Shown piece by piece: positions 26,691-37,928 of a stretch of DNA of 64,000 bases. Each line of letters opens with the position of its first letter. Position 1 is the first letter of the stretch. The translations under genes were made by a program, and so were the position numbers. The DNA lies in NCBI RefSeq assembly GCF_040938485.1, contig NW_027271609.1, positions 1,116,001-1,180,000 of the forward strand, read 5' to 3'. Under the pieces are notes generated by a model that searched no databases, was not told the origin of the DNA, and saw nothing but the letters and a program-made list of their open reading frames with translations. Source of the DNA: Diadema antillarum. Taxonomy: Eukaryota.

Positions 26691-27823
26691 GTCAGTCTCA
26701 TAAAATGGGACAGAATGCGATACGGATCAGAAAGGTATAATGATCTAAACAGCTCCTTCCATGCCTGCCACACGCACATCTGAGGTGTTTACGTCACTGG
26801 CGGCACACGGCAGAGCGAACGATAAAGAAATGAATGCGGCTCATGTGGAAGTACCAGAGGAAATTGAGGTTGAGAGTTGTGTCTCTGCGTCGCGTGAAAC
26901 GAAGCAACCGTGCTAACCAGGGCTTTCTCTGAAGAGTGACGAAACTTGTACGGGGCTTGTCATCAGGGCCCTAACGACTAAACGTAATTAAATTGAAATT
27001 CGTCAGCAATAAACAAACAGAAGCAAATCCGAACACACGTTCGGTCATGTCAGGTAAGAGACCTTTCTAACGGATGAAATATCCATGGACAAAGTCATAC
27101 TGCAGAAAGAAAGTAGCACAACATGATAATAAACTTTCGTGTACGTTCCTGAAATTCCAGTAACCTCTCTAGACAAACATTTCGATAATTATGGTCATTT
27201 TGAAGTCATGAGGTCATCCAGATTACTGCTATCTAGGGACAACTCAAATACAGCCATTATGATCTTGGGAAGAATGACACTATGAGTAACACTGCTTACG
27301 CCCCTCCCCCTCTCTTTTCCTAAAAGAAAAAAAAAAGTATTGATTTCAGATTTTCATATGTTAGAAAGCCATCTACATGACTACTACCAGTAAATGGATA
27401 TGAAAGAAATGAGTTTCATTACGCCCTTTCAGGTTGACTAAGACCTTGTTTGTTTAACTCCATGTCAAAAATGTTTAATGTTAACATTTTTGTGTGTGTG
27501 TAAGTCTAAAGTGAACTACATTGACACATCTCCCGACTACATTTCCCAACTACATCTCCCAAATACATTGGCTAACTGTTGTCAAGGGGTGTTTACTGAT
27601 CAAGTTCAGCTAAATTCTGGGTGTGTGTTCAGTCTTTAACGGTTTACAAATGAAAGATGACTAAGGTGGTGTGTAGATTGCCCCTGCATTCGTCTCAGCG
27701 GAGGCAAATCAGTAAATTAACTCTTGTACAAATATCAAGAGTTGCATAATCATCCTGTAGTTCCTAGTTATCCCTAAATACCGTGACAGAAATAATGATA
27801 TATTTATGAATACATGATGATAA

Positions 27824-27873
27824 GGGGTCATTCACAATTATCAACATTTTCACAAGTGTACAAACCATACACT
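27824..27873 (+). repeat. Left TIR of the Zator element
   Basis: GGGGTCATTCACAATTATCAACATTTTCACAAGTGTACAAACCATACACT; matches the reverse complement of 35180-35229 with 6 mismatches. Confidence 0.95.
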
Positions 27874-27941
27874 TTTCAAGACCCCCCCCTCCCCCCAAAA
27901 AGTGTACGAAGAAAATGTTGATTTTTTCCCCCACATTTTAT

Positions 27942-28053
27942 AGCTACGGTCACAAAGGTCCTTGCGAACGCCGTACGAAGGACTAATTTGTACAGCCACA
28001 ATGGGACAAAAATCATTCGTATGGCGTTCGCAGGGCCATTTGTGACCGTAGCT
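27942..28053. repeat. 38-bp inverted repeat (hairpin or tiny MITE) in the Zator 3' subterminal region
   Basis: Arms 27942-27979 and 28016-28053, 34/38 complementary. Confidence 0.85.
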
Positions 28054-28058
28054 TTATT
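28053..28058 (-). promoter_or_regulatory. Candidate polyadenylation signal (AATAAA) of the transposase gene
   Basis: AATAAA on the minus strand about 60 nt after the stop codon. Confidence 0.55.
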
Positions 28059-28117
28059 TTCACTGTGTTCAGTTCTTGCTTGGTCTGTTTTTTTTTTTTT
28101 CCAGTTTGTTTCCCTCC

Positions 28118-28322
28118 TTAGTTCTTGCTTGGTCTGCCTTTCTTCAGTTTGTGTCCCTCCTCATCCTGGTGCTTCAGCAGTCGATACCGAGTGGGATACT
28201 TCTGGTCACACACTGGGCATCTGTGGCTGGCCTTGTCCTGATTGGCATCCCTCAAAGCACGTACTCCACCGTGGATCAATTTGGTGTGCTTCTCTTCATC
28301 GGCTTTGCTGGTGAAAATGTAT
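28118..28322 (-). CDS. Zator transposase exon 3 (C2H2 zinc fingers, basic tail, stop)
   Basis: Acceptor tttactttcag|A in phase 2. Splicing gives CTHCRYIFTSKADEEKHTKLIH (C-x2-C-x12-H-x4-H), followed by CPVCDQKYPTRYRLLKHQDEEGH and KKGRPSKN*. The three exons total 3,018 nt, an exact multiple of 3. Confidence 0.85.
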
Positions 28323-28780
28323 CTGAAAGTAAAGGAAAGAGAAGGCCACATTAGTTTCTGTATTTAGAGCACAAGATCAGGAGGGCAGAAATATGCAGAA
28401 ATAATGTGCCCATGGGGCAATTAATACACTGCTGGGAGATAGAAGTTAATTTGAATAGCCACAGCTAGGATGAAAAAGTCACTATTATAAAATTATATAT
28501 ATCTGCAACAACATATTCTTCAGTCACAGTGTAGGTTACTGATTTCCAAAATGTGGTAGCCCACTGGGTTTATTTTAAAATGTAGAGCAACCACACAGTT
28601 CTGTACTATGTTCATGTATTTCAGGGCAAATCTCTTCTGTGATGGCTGGGCTATATTAAACACATAGAGTTTATTATTGCTTTGATTTTTTAAAACTCTT
28701 TCGCCCCTGTTGTCCAATGGTCTATGCATGTATTGTATCAGTAGCAATTCAATTTTTATTCCAAATATAAAAAGGAAATG

Positions 28781-29140
28781 AATGAGCAACAACAAAAAAT
28801 GGAGAATATGAAAGATATTGAATACATGTACAGTATAATTATATTGTTTTGAATTGTGTAATTTTAACTTGTGGAAAAATGAACTCGAAATGAATAAATG
28901 AGCAACAAATAAATTGAGAATATGAAAGATATTGAATACATGTATAATTATATTATTCTGTATTGTGTAATTTCAATTTGTGGAAAATGTACTTGAAATG
29001 AAAATGAGCAACAAATAAATGGAGAATATGAAAGATAATGAATACTTGTATAATTGTGTTTAATATTTCATATTGTGTTTATATTTTGATTTGTGGAAAA
29101 ATTAACTTGAAATGAACTTGAAATGAACTTGAATGAGCAA
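28781..29140. repeat. About 3 copies of a degenerate 105-130-bp AT-rich tandem repeat in transposase intron 2
   Basis: AATGAGCAAC...GAGAATATGAAAGATA recurs at about 28781, 28897, 29003 and 29132. Confidence 0.85.
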
Positions 29141-29373
29141 CTAACTAGGAACTTTAGTCCATATTTCAAGATTGTATAGACTTCTGTGTTCTGTGAAAAC
29201 ACACCAGTGCAGAGAAAATAAAACTAGTGGTGTGCTGAGAAACCTATTCAAAAATGAACTATAGATCACTGATATCATATACAGTGTCTTTTATTCACAC
29301 TGCATATGACATTAAACAGTAGTAAGTAAAGAAAAAAATTTATTAGAAATTATATGCAGCACAATAATCATAC

Positions 29374-31883
29374 CTGCAGTGAGTGCAGCTGCGAGCTTCA
29401 AAGTTCTTCAAGTGCTGATCTGGACTACTGAAGGCCAACGATCTTTCCAGCTGGCGGAGTGTCTTGTAATGGCCTGGGTGTTCAGGGTCAGGGGTTATTG
29501 GAGGGAACAGCCATTTGTCACCACTTGGCATCTTCCACACTTTTGAAGCCCGGACTCCATCTTCCATGCACTTACATGTGCTTTCTCCACAACTGCCCTT
29601 GCGGAAGCACACAAAGCCACTTCTCCTGTCCATATGCGCAGAGATGTACTTCCACTCATCATGGGCCTCAGACAAATCTGAAGACTCCCGGATTCCACGT
29701 AGACTGGAGTGGAACATGTTCCGAACAACAGTGTATGTCCCATTTTCATCACCTGCGTTGGGTAACACAGCTTTAGAAGTGATCCTGAATCCATCGTGGA
29801 CTCTCCCATCCCAGTACATGTTCAGACGGTTCAGAGCATTTTCGAACACAATTGTCTCCTTTTCCAACTTCTCGTCAGGTGAAATACTCTGAAGAGCAGG
29901 TGGAACCGTCTCACCTGGCAGGCATGCCGGGAGAGACACACCTGCCAGAAACTTCGACAATGGAGACCAGAGGTGCTCAATTGGATTGTAGCGAGAGAGA
30001 CCAGCTGGCATGCACGTACTGATCAACATGTCATACTTTCCCTCCTTCCAAAGCTTACCAAGGAAGAATTCATTCAGATTCGTTTTAGGTGTCCAATCTG
30101 GGCCGCCGTCAGTTACAAGTACCAAGATGGGCTTGTCTAGACTGGGATTGTCCTTCATTATCACTTTCAGATCATTCATATGGTCTTCGATAGTTGTGGA
30201 AGTGTTTTTCACAGTCCGATTGAAAACCCAGAGGGGACCAGTGGAAGGGACTTCCACCACATCTCTGCCACATTTGTCCTTAGTGCTTGGGGCTTCAGCC
30301 TCTTTCATCTGAAGTTGCAGGTAGCCATCAGGTTCGATTAGATAGCCAGGGACTGGAAAATCATGGTCAGCATAGTGTGGGGTATCATCGCCAGGAAAAA
30401 ATGTTCTCAGCTGGTGGTATCTGGACACAGCTTGTCCTCCAATATGGATCTTGGCCTTGCTGTCACATGAAAATGCTACACATTCATCTGGATACATTGC
30501 ACACATCTGTCGCACGTTCGAGACAGTGGCAAAATATTCATGTGCATTTGGATTGTCTTTGCTGACATCACATGACTTCGTCCCAACACGTATATCAAGT
30601 GCGTCCTTGTGTCTGGCAGCTTCCCTTGAGTTGACTCTTGCAGGCTTCATCAAGTAGTACACTTTCGTCCGCGATATAGTATCCAACCCCTCCACATTTT
30701 CCAGAAGGTGTTTGCGGACATCATCGAGGGTGACTCCACAGGAGGTTGCAGTCCCAGTTCGCCTGCGTATGTGTGCACCAAAACCATGTAGCTGTACAAA
30801 GTTCATCATCACATCAAGCAGCTGTGGGTACTTTTCTTGCAGTGGTGTTTGTCCTGATTTCTGATAGAAAAAAATGCCATCTTCTGAACCATTATCTGAC
30901 TGCTGCGTGCTTGGCAAGTCCTCGGTCTTATCAACAGAATCCAGGGTTAGGACCTCATACACAAGATTGGGTCTGAATACCAACTCAACATAGTCTAGAA
31001 GAACGTAATGTCCCCCTCTGGCAACACACAGCAATGGAAACATATCCAAGAGTTCATCAACAGCATTCTTGAGTTTGTCGTCTGTCAACTTGAAATGTTC
31101 AGCTAAAACATGGCCTGGTATCCCCAGCATGTCAGAGCGATGGCACATGTCCTTTAGGCTAGGGAATGAGTACAACTGCATAGCATTCAGTGGATCGAAG
31201 AGACTTTTGTCCCCATTGGATTCCATTTCGGTAATTTTCTCTACAGCTTTCTCCCAACTAAGGCCTAGAGAATTCCCGGCAAGCAGTTTATATTCAGAGT
31301 TGCCCGTCAGCCGATTGAACCTCCTGGCATTCTGTGCTCGAACACTAGCCTGCAGACTGTCAATTGCTGTTTCTAGGGCAGTCTTTGCATTGAACAGAAC
31401 AGGAAGCATTTCCAGCATTTTCGTCAGTTTCTGCTGACAGGACTTAAGCTGGAGACCAAGATTCCCGCTTACTACTTTTAGTTGCGCAAGCTGTGTCAAA
31501 TGGTGCGACAGTTCACTGATACTGGACTCTGCCTTCTGCTGCCTTTGTGAAACAACAGAACCTTTCTTCACAAAAATTTGCTGTTTCTGCCACGAAGCAA
31601 CTAGAGGGAAATAATCTATAGCTGAAGCCGACACTGACGTCAGAGCTCTCATAAATTCTGGATGAGATTTCACGTCCTCAGTGAGTAGTTCCGTTGAAGA
31701 GATTTTCAATTTTTGACAGAGGAATGATACAGCAGTTATTTGTCCATCCAAAATGTGATTTTGAACTGTGCTTGTATTCATCTGAGAAGAACCAACCGTT
31801 TCCTCTGGCACCTGAACTGTCACAAGAACTGGCTCTTTTTCTGGCTGGCCATTGTCATGCAAATCTTGATCCACAGTTGCTGC
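29374..31883 (-). CDS. Zator transposase exon 2 (coiled-coil region plus DDE catalytic core)
   Basis: Part of the 867-aa ORF. Acceptor tctttatttcag|GCA at 31883 and donor CAG|GTATGA at 29374 (phase 2). Motifs AHxRRRT, FSCDSKAKIHIG (D at 30462-30464), DHDF, VTDGGPD (D at 30108-30110) and SRYNPIEHLWSPLS (E at 29976-29978, D-x43-E) are typical of Zator/TP36-like transposases. Confidence 0.9.
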
Positions 31884-32051
31884 CTGAAATAAAGACAAAT
31901 CATGTTCAATGTTAGTTTTTGAAAGTGGGTCAAACATCAAGGTCAAGGGTCAAAAGTAAAAAAAAAAGTTTTGGTATAATGTGCAAGGTCTTGCTGCTGG
32001 TAATACAATATGAAAGCCATATCTGCTCACATTCAAAAGTTATGACCAAGG

Positions 32052-32607
32052 TTAAAGCGGAATTAAACCCACCTATGTGCATTTTTATTATATGCAGAAA
32101 AATCAGAGAAAGAAAATGGTGAAAGTTTGAGCAATATCAGATAATCCATTCAATAGTTATCAATTTTCAAAGTTTTACCAAATCTGCGTAATGGCCACCT
32201 AGGGGATCCTTGAGTTGGCCACTGAGCCAATTTCTGTGATATGGACAACTCTCCATTCGTTTTGTACACATATTTTCACAATTTTTTTAATCAAGAGTAT
32301 ACATTTCCCCCTTGCTTGTTATTCTTATTCTTGCTTATTCTGTCCTTTCATAAAAATGAAAAATAGTGGTAATCTGTGTGGAGAGTTGTCCAAACTCTAA
32401 TACACTGATATTAGGAGAGTTGCCAAAATCAAGGATCCTCATAGGTGGCCATAACGCAAATTCTTATAGCAAAACATTGAAAATTGATAACTCTTGAAAA
32501 GATATCCGATTTTGATGTATAAAAAAAAAAACACCATTTTCTTTCTCTAATTTTTCTGCATATATATATTGAATGCAGATAGATGTCCGAGTTTAATTCC
32601 CCTTTTT
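32052..32607. mobile_element. TTAA-type foldback MITE nested in transposase intron 1
   Basis: Left end TTAAAGCGGAATTAAACCC and degenerate right end GTTTAATTCCCCTTTT. About 120 bp of subterminal inverted similarity plus an inner IR (GGCCACCTA..GGATCCTTGA). Confidence 0.65.
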
Positions 32608-33746
32608 ATAAAAAAACATATTGAGTACTTGACCACACCAAGATGTTAAAAAATTATTAAGAATTATGTACCAAAATATTCTGTAAAATATGAGCCCTCA
32701 TTTGTCACAGTCATATGTTAGAATGGCTCGCAGGAATTTTTTAAAGGCAACATAAGCTGCTAATCCTTAAAATTGGCAAAATTTAAAGATTCAAAATCAC
32801 TATTATAGGTGCAAATTCGCAACTTTATATATTGGAAAGGATTGCCAAGTGTTCATATTTTTATATTGTCTACACAAATCAAGTTTCACTGAATTGTAAT
32901 GAAATTAGAAAATATTTGTTGCCAATTTGATATTCATTTCCAAATGAGATGTGGTCTTGTACTCTGTGGGTTCAAGTTTCTGTGAGACAGACAGACAGAC
33001 AGACAGACAGAGTGGCAGACGGATGCATGAATAACGTTCCCTTCCTTTCCTGAAATAAAGCAGGAAAAGCAAAAAGAAAAAAAAAATACCCGAAATCAAA
33101 TGTGCAGTTATTGGCTATTTATCGTGCTACTGGTCTCCAGGGACTACAAGGAGTTTGTGCCAACAATTCCTACGACTCTTTCAACTTCATTTGTACTTCA
33201 AATTTGATGTCTTAAAAACACATTAATTTTTTGTTGGAATAAAGCATACATGTAATCATTGCTCACAGAGCAAAAACATTCAACAATGCTGGTTTCGAAC
33301 CCCCAATGCATCGACGAGCATAAAAATCGCTGCCCTCAATTTTAATATTGAGCTGTGCGAGATTCGCTGCCAGGGTGGGGTTGTCTACAAATATACATAT
33401 CATCATTATGAATTGCGCACTGGCCGTGCACAGGACTCATTCTATTCGGATTTTTGTGTATTCATCTGTGCCACAGAAAGAATTGCCCGCCAGTGCCGTA
33501 TGTAGTCCCTGGTCACATTTTCACGATAATGCCTGTTTGTTCAATAATCATGGGGGCTGAAAGTGGGGATATTTTTTATTACAATAGATCTCTACTTCTC
33601 TTGAAAAAGAGATCTGGTAGCTCCCAGCGACTAATCATAAAATTTCTAGGATGACAATATGTGCACACTACACGCCACCGTGGTGCACGGCGGCACCTTT
33701 TCCAACTTTCAAATCTTGTTCAAACAAATCTAGATCTAGATCTATA

Positions 33747-33958
33747 CCGTATGTACACGGGAGAGAACTGGGCCCCACAACATTCAGCTCAATAAAATTA
33801 AGTTTTTCTTGCTATTGCAAGAACAATCAACAGCTTCAAAAACCCATAAACTATTCCTGGATTTTGGTATTAGCTGTTGATTATTCTTGAAATAGGAAGG
33901 AGAACTGAATTTCGAGTTTACCAAGGCCAGGGGGCCCCGAGTTCTCCCCTGTAAACGG
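33747..33958. mobile_element. Tc1/mariner-like MITE (TA TSD) nested in transposase intron 1
   Basis: TA|CCGT...GGAGAACT..GGCCCC and GGGGCCCCGAGTTCTCCCCTGTAAACGG|TA. Confidence 0.6.
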
Positions 33959-34426
33959 TAGACATTACTGGTTGATCTATTACTTAGACTATTCTAGATA
34001 TGTAGGCAAATTTTCCTAGAAATAGTTTGATTTTAATTTGTATCTGAATATTTTCTACATTAACGCAATTTATGATGGTGGAATATGAATTCAAATGAAA
34101 TCTCTTACTTCCTCAAAATGGTCGTAAAGTGCGGCAAAAGTCATTAAAAATTGTGCGCAGAGTAATAATTGAGCGGGGCTGAGCCAGCCGCACCGCCGGC
34201 TGAGCCCGCCGGCCAGTAGCGCCGGGCGGCTGGGCCACCGGTCCGTGTTGCACTCCCAGTCCCACACTCTACAGCCTGCTTCAGGCCTGCTTCATAATCG
34301 GGGTAATTCTTCGGCATGTAAACATTGAAATACAAATTGCCATCAAAATATATGATAGAAAATCTGCCTACATACCAATAGAAAACAATTTATACACGAA
34401 TCTCAAATTTTACTGAAATTAGTTAC

Positions 34427-34729
34427 CTTTGGAACGACTTGGAAGAACGATTTGATCGTCCCCTTCTGATTTTTAACACGCTCCATCTTCAGCAGGGCTT
34501 TGTCCAGAACTTCAGTGAAGAGAACACATTGCGTAGACGCAGTGCGCCACAACTTTTGACCTTCCAACACGGCATCTGCTCGTTTCCGGTGCTCATTCAC
34601 AAACACAAAAGCATTTATGAAGTTCATATATTTGTTAACGGGATTTTTGTGAACAATGCACCCTCGCTTAAGGAGGAATTCTGTTAGATTTTCCGGGTCA
34701 GTAGGTCTATTGTCCCTATTGTTCGCCAT
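34427..34729 (-). CDS. Zator transposase exon 1 (MANNRDN...FFQVVPK, 101 codons)
   Basis: ATG in good context (AAGATGG). Open frame ends at an AAG|GTAACT donor in phase 0, matching the phase-0 acceptor of exon 2. An upstream in-frame ATG at 34738 is an alternative start. Confidence 0.75.
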
Positions 34730-34826
34730 CTTTGACATTGTTTCCACGTACGTACGTACGCGCACATTTTTCTACATAATAATATAATATACCTAGATAC
34801 CAAAGATCGCATGCGCGCGTATATCG

Positions 34827-34972
34827 ACTACGCGACTTTCGGTGGCACAACTCACCAACCTTGAACATGAAGAAGGTGCGTAACTATGCATTCTTCACTC
34901 GCTGTTTCATTTCGGATCCAAAGTCGGTGATTCGTGTATTAACCGAAAGTCGTGTAGTGTGCGGGGGCCTAA
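34827..34972. repeat. 17-bp inverted repeat, possible remnant of a Harbinger-like MITE, upstream of the transposase ATG
   Basis: ACTACGCGACTTTCGGT (34827-34843) versus ACCGAAAGTCGTGTAGT (34942-34958). The right end is GTGTGCGGGGGCC|TAA; no matching left terminus is visible. Confidence 0.55.
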
Positions 34973-35179
34973 GATAGCTATCTCTCGGTCATAAAGTGAA
35001 ACGATGCCGCGAGAAATTGTGGGATTTTGATGGAGTGCGCGAACTATTCGGTCAGCGTGGAAAGTTTCCAGCGAGACGAGAGGCCGGGCCCGTGATCAGA
35101 CGGGATGGGCGCGAGAGTATGGATCGACATTTTTTATAATTTGAAAAGCGTACGCCGGGTGCTGACCCCCTCCCCCCCC

Positions 35180-35229
35180 AGCGTACGGTTTGTACGCTCG
35201 TGAAAATGTTGATAATTGTGAACGGCCCC
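35180..35229 (-). repeat. Right TIR of the Zator element
   Basis: Reverse complement reads GGGGCCGTTCACAATTATCAACATTTTCACGAGCGTACAAACCGTACGCT. Confidence 0.95.
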
Positions 35230-35683
35230 TAAGTAAATTGATACAATAATGTTTAAGTAACAAAGCATTCCATGTTTATATTAACTTTGAGAAACAGAGC
35301 AAAATCAAATTGACAGCCCACAGAAAGTTTTATAAAAATTTGACAAGAAACATAAAGAAAACAGTTAGCAAGTAAATCTTTTTTTTTTCTTGATGCAACA
35401 GAGTGTATATCAGCCCTAGAGAAGTAGGGCCTAAATGAGATGTCTTGAAATGTATGTTTATATATTTAGTCTCACATTGATTTGTAACCTAATTGATGTA
35501 CGTGAACAAATATCATACTGGGAATAACATTTGATTCAAAGTGAACTGAATCGTGTCATGGCCTCAAAGCTTAGAGTCAAAAGTGAATGATTGCTTGAAG
35601 AGACAAATCCCAATGTGGCCATATTTCAAGACACTGCAGTAATGTTAACTACACAAACAGAACTTTGGATCAATGTATCTCTA

Positions 35684-35915
35684 CACTCTAAAGAATGAAA
35701 TGGTAAATCAACATTTTAAATTTTGTCACCCCTCCAACCTGTTTGTAAATGTTAAATCAAACACTCAAAATGTAAACTCTAGCACTCAAAATGTTGAACT
35801 ACCATTTCAGAAATTGTAAATCCAACATTTTGTTTGTTAAATTTAACATTTACACAAACATCCGAGGAGTGACAACATCTAAAATGTTGATTTACCATTT
35901 CATTTTTTTAGAGTG
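35684..35915. mobile_element. CACTA/EnSpm-like MITE
   Basis: CACTCTAAAGAATGAAATGGTAAATCAACATTTT versus AAAATGTTGATTTACCATTTCATTTTTTTAGAGTG; flanks TA and CA. Confidence 0.7.
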
Positions 35916-37928
35916 CAACATGGTGTGGGATTGCACTTAAATTTTGCTTAAGGAGGAGGCTAAGGAAAGATGATCTATATGTCTGGCTGTGCACGTGTGA
36001 AACAGTGATTTGTCAAAGTTGTGGAGGGAAATTACTGACTGAGCATTTGCACATGATCAAGAGGAACTTGATCTCGATAAAAGTAAAATGTGCAGGAGCG
36101 AGAGGATGAGATTAACAGCTGCAACTTCCAGGACAACCTACCCCCCTTCCAAATCATCGGCAGCAGGACAGCGGTAGCTGCATGGCCTGCCCGAGACTGA
36201 TTTTCGAAGGAGCGCCTTGTTTACGAAACCTGGGACTGAGCTGAGGCTGCATATTGGAAAGACAAGGAGAGCGAGAGAAGGAAGGAGATGTTTGTGACAT
36301 TTCTTGAGTTTCAGTCGGCAAACAAGGAAAAGTTTGCAGCACCCTGCCCACGGGAAGATGACAAAAAGGAAGAAGGGACGGGCATCTCGGGAGCCCGGCT
36401 GACAAAGAGAGAAGAAGACGACTCCCCCGACTTCAAATTGACACCTTCCCCTTGACGAATCATTAGTCAAAGCGTCGGAGACAAAAGGTGAACTTTTGTT
36501 ACGTCCTCCCGTCACTTTCGCTGTCAGTCCCCGAAGGAACACAAATGTGACATGACATTGTGGCTGACTAATGGAACACAGATGTATGAACAATGACCTC
36601 CATTCGTAAGGGGGAAAGGGGGCTGAGGTTCCACTCTCCATGCAGGAATATATGACATACTGTTCGTATAGTATGACTTCTTTTTTTCTGACGTTCATGG
36701 GATGAGCAACCACATGGGCCATGATCATGAATTCACTCTTTGGACTTATGTTGTGATTTGCTTTACTTTTACCAGTTTGGGGGCCACAAGGTACGACACC
36801 ATTACATCCTACTCCAGCATATCTCTAGACTAAAAGTCTTGCCTGGGAGAACACTGGCATCCTCTGTCAAATGGAAAGTCGCCCTTGACAAAATTAATGT
36901 TGTCCTCTCTTTCAGACTTAGCCTGGTTGCACAGAATATCATACTCTGTGTAAAAAGGAAGCGAGGTTTATCCATGCTGAACCGTCGTCCTTCTTTCCAT
37001 CTGTGCCTGGATATACAGTCTCCCTTGACCTAATTCTAGTGTCCTCTGTCACATGAAAAGTTACCCTCCTGTTAAGATTGTCCCCCTTTCTCAGTCTGCA
37101 CTGGGATGTATATCATCACCTTGGCAGATATATTATCCTTTGTTATACAGAAATATGATCCTACCATGAATGTTGTCTCCCTTTTAAGCCTATCCCTGGA
37201 CAGGAACAGAAGAAAAAGTACCCTTTATCGCATTGAAAGTTATCCTCCATGAACTACTGTCCCCTCAGGTCCTCCATGGAAAGCTGTTATCATTTTGACA
37301 AAATAGTATCAATAATATGATGTCTATCAGACAAGCACAAATCTAATCCACTGCTACACTACCATTCACTCTTTTCTAAAGTTACAAATTCATTAGAAAA
37401 GTGTTCAAGAAATCCTACATCTACTGGTACTTCTCTTAAGCATTGAATGACATTGCACTTGCTTTTTAAATCAACACAATATTTTCAGATTAAAATCCTA
37501 CTGGAATAATTCAATATGCTAGGTGAAAGGTTTGCAACTTAAAGGCTAGATTTACCTAATTTTCTACTGGATGAGGACGACATCCATGACAAATATATCA
37601 GGGCTTTGTCAATTTGAAGTAACAGCAAGTTGGGCTACAATACATATTCATTATGGTCATTCTTGCACTATCAGAAGCAGCATTCAGTTTATCCTAGAGA
37701 TGATGAATTAATCAGCCACAGTAAAACAAAGAAGGCACTATACAGTGGGTGAGCCTGAGGATATGAAAATTAATGACTGATTGTCACTTGTTTGAACTAC
37801 ATTTGAGAAGGTCAATCGATTGTATTATAGGATACTTCATTTTCGCAAGGCAGAAATTATCAATACTTACGTGCACACGCAGTTGCCAAACTTAACTGTC
37901 GATGATGAGCTCCACTCGTGAATTCACG

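Larger units (their letters stand above)
27824..35229 (-). mobile_element. Zator-superfamily DNA transposon, full length (7,406 bp), apparently autonomous
   Basis: 50-bp TIRs (44/50 identical) beginning GGGG. TAA flanks both ends (27821-27823 and 35230-35232), matching the 3-bp TWA TSD and 5'-GG termini known for Zator. Encloses a spliced DDE transposase gene. Confidence 0.92.

Noticed and set aside
26685-26694. TAAGGGGTCA as an alternative left end of the Zator element
   Set aside because: Identity to the true end stops after 10 nt, whereas 27824 matches the right TIR over 50 bp.
29459-31915. Overlapping plus-strand and alternate-frame ORFs within the transposase exon
   Set aside because: Shadow ORFs of a real coding region with no independent motifs.
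29343-31946. The 867-aa ORF as the complete gene
   Set aside because: Both ends run into introns. The first 21 residues precede a strong acceptor at 31883 and the last residues follow a donor at 29374, so the spliced model fits better.
36138-36728. 196-aa minus-strand ORF as a standalone gene
   Set aside because: No recognisable domain, and the locally higher GC makes such a length plausible by chance. Kept only as a weak first-exon candidate.
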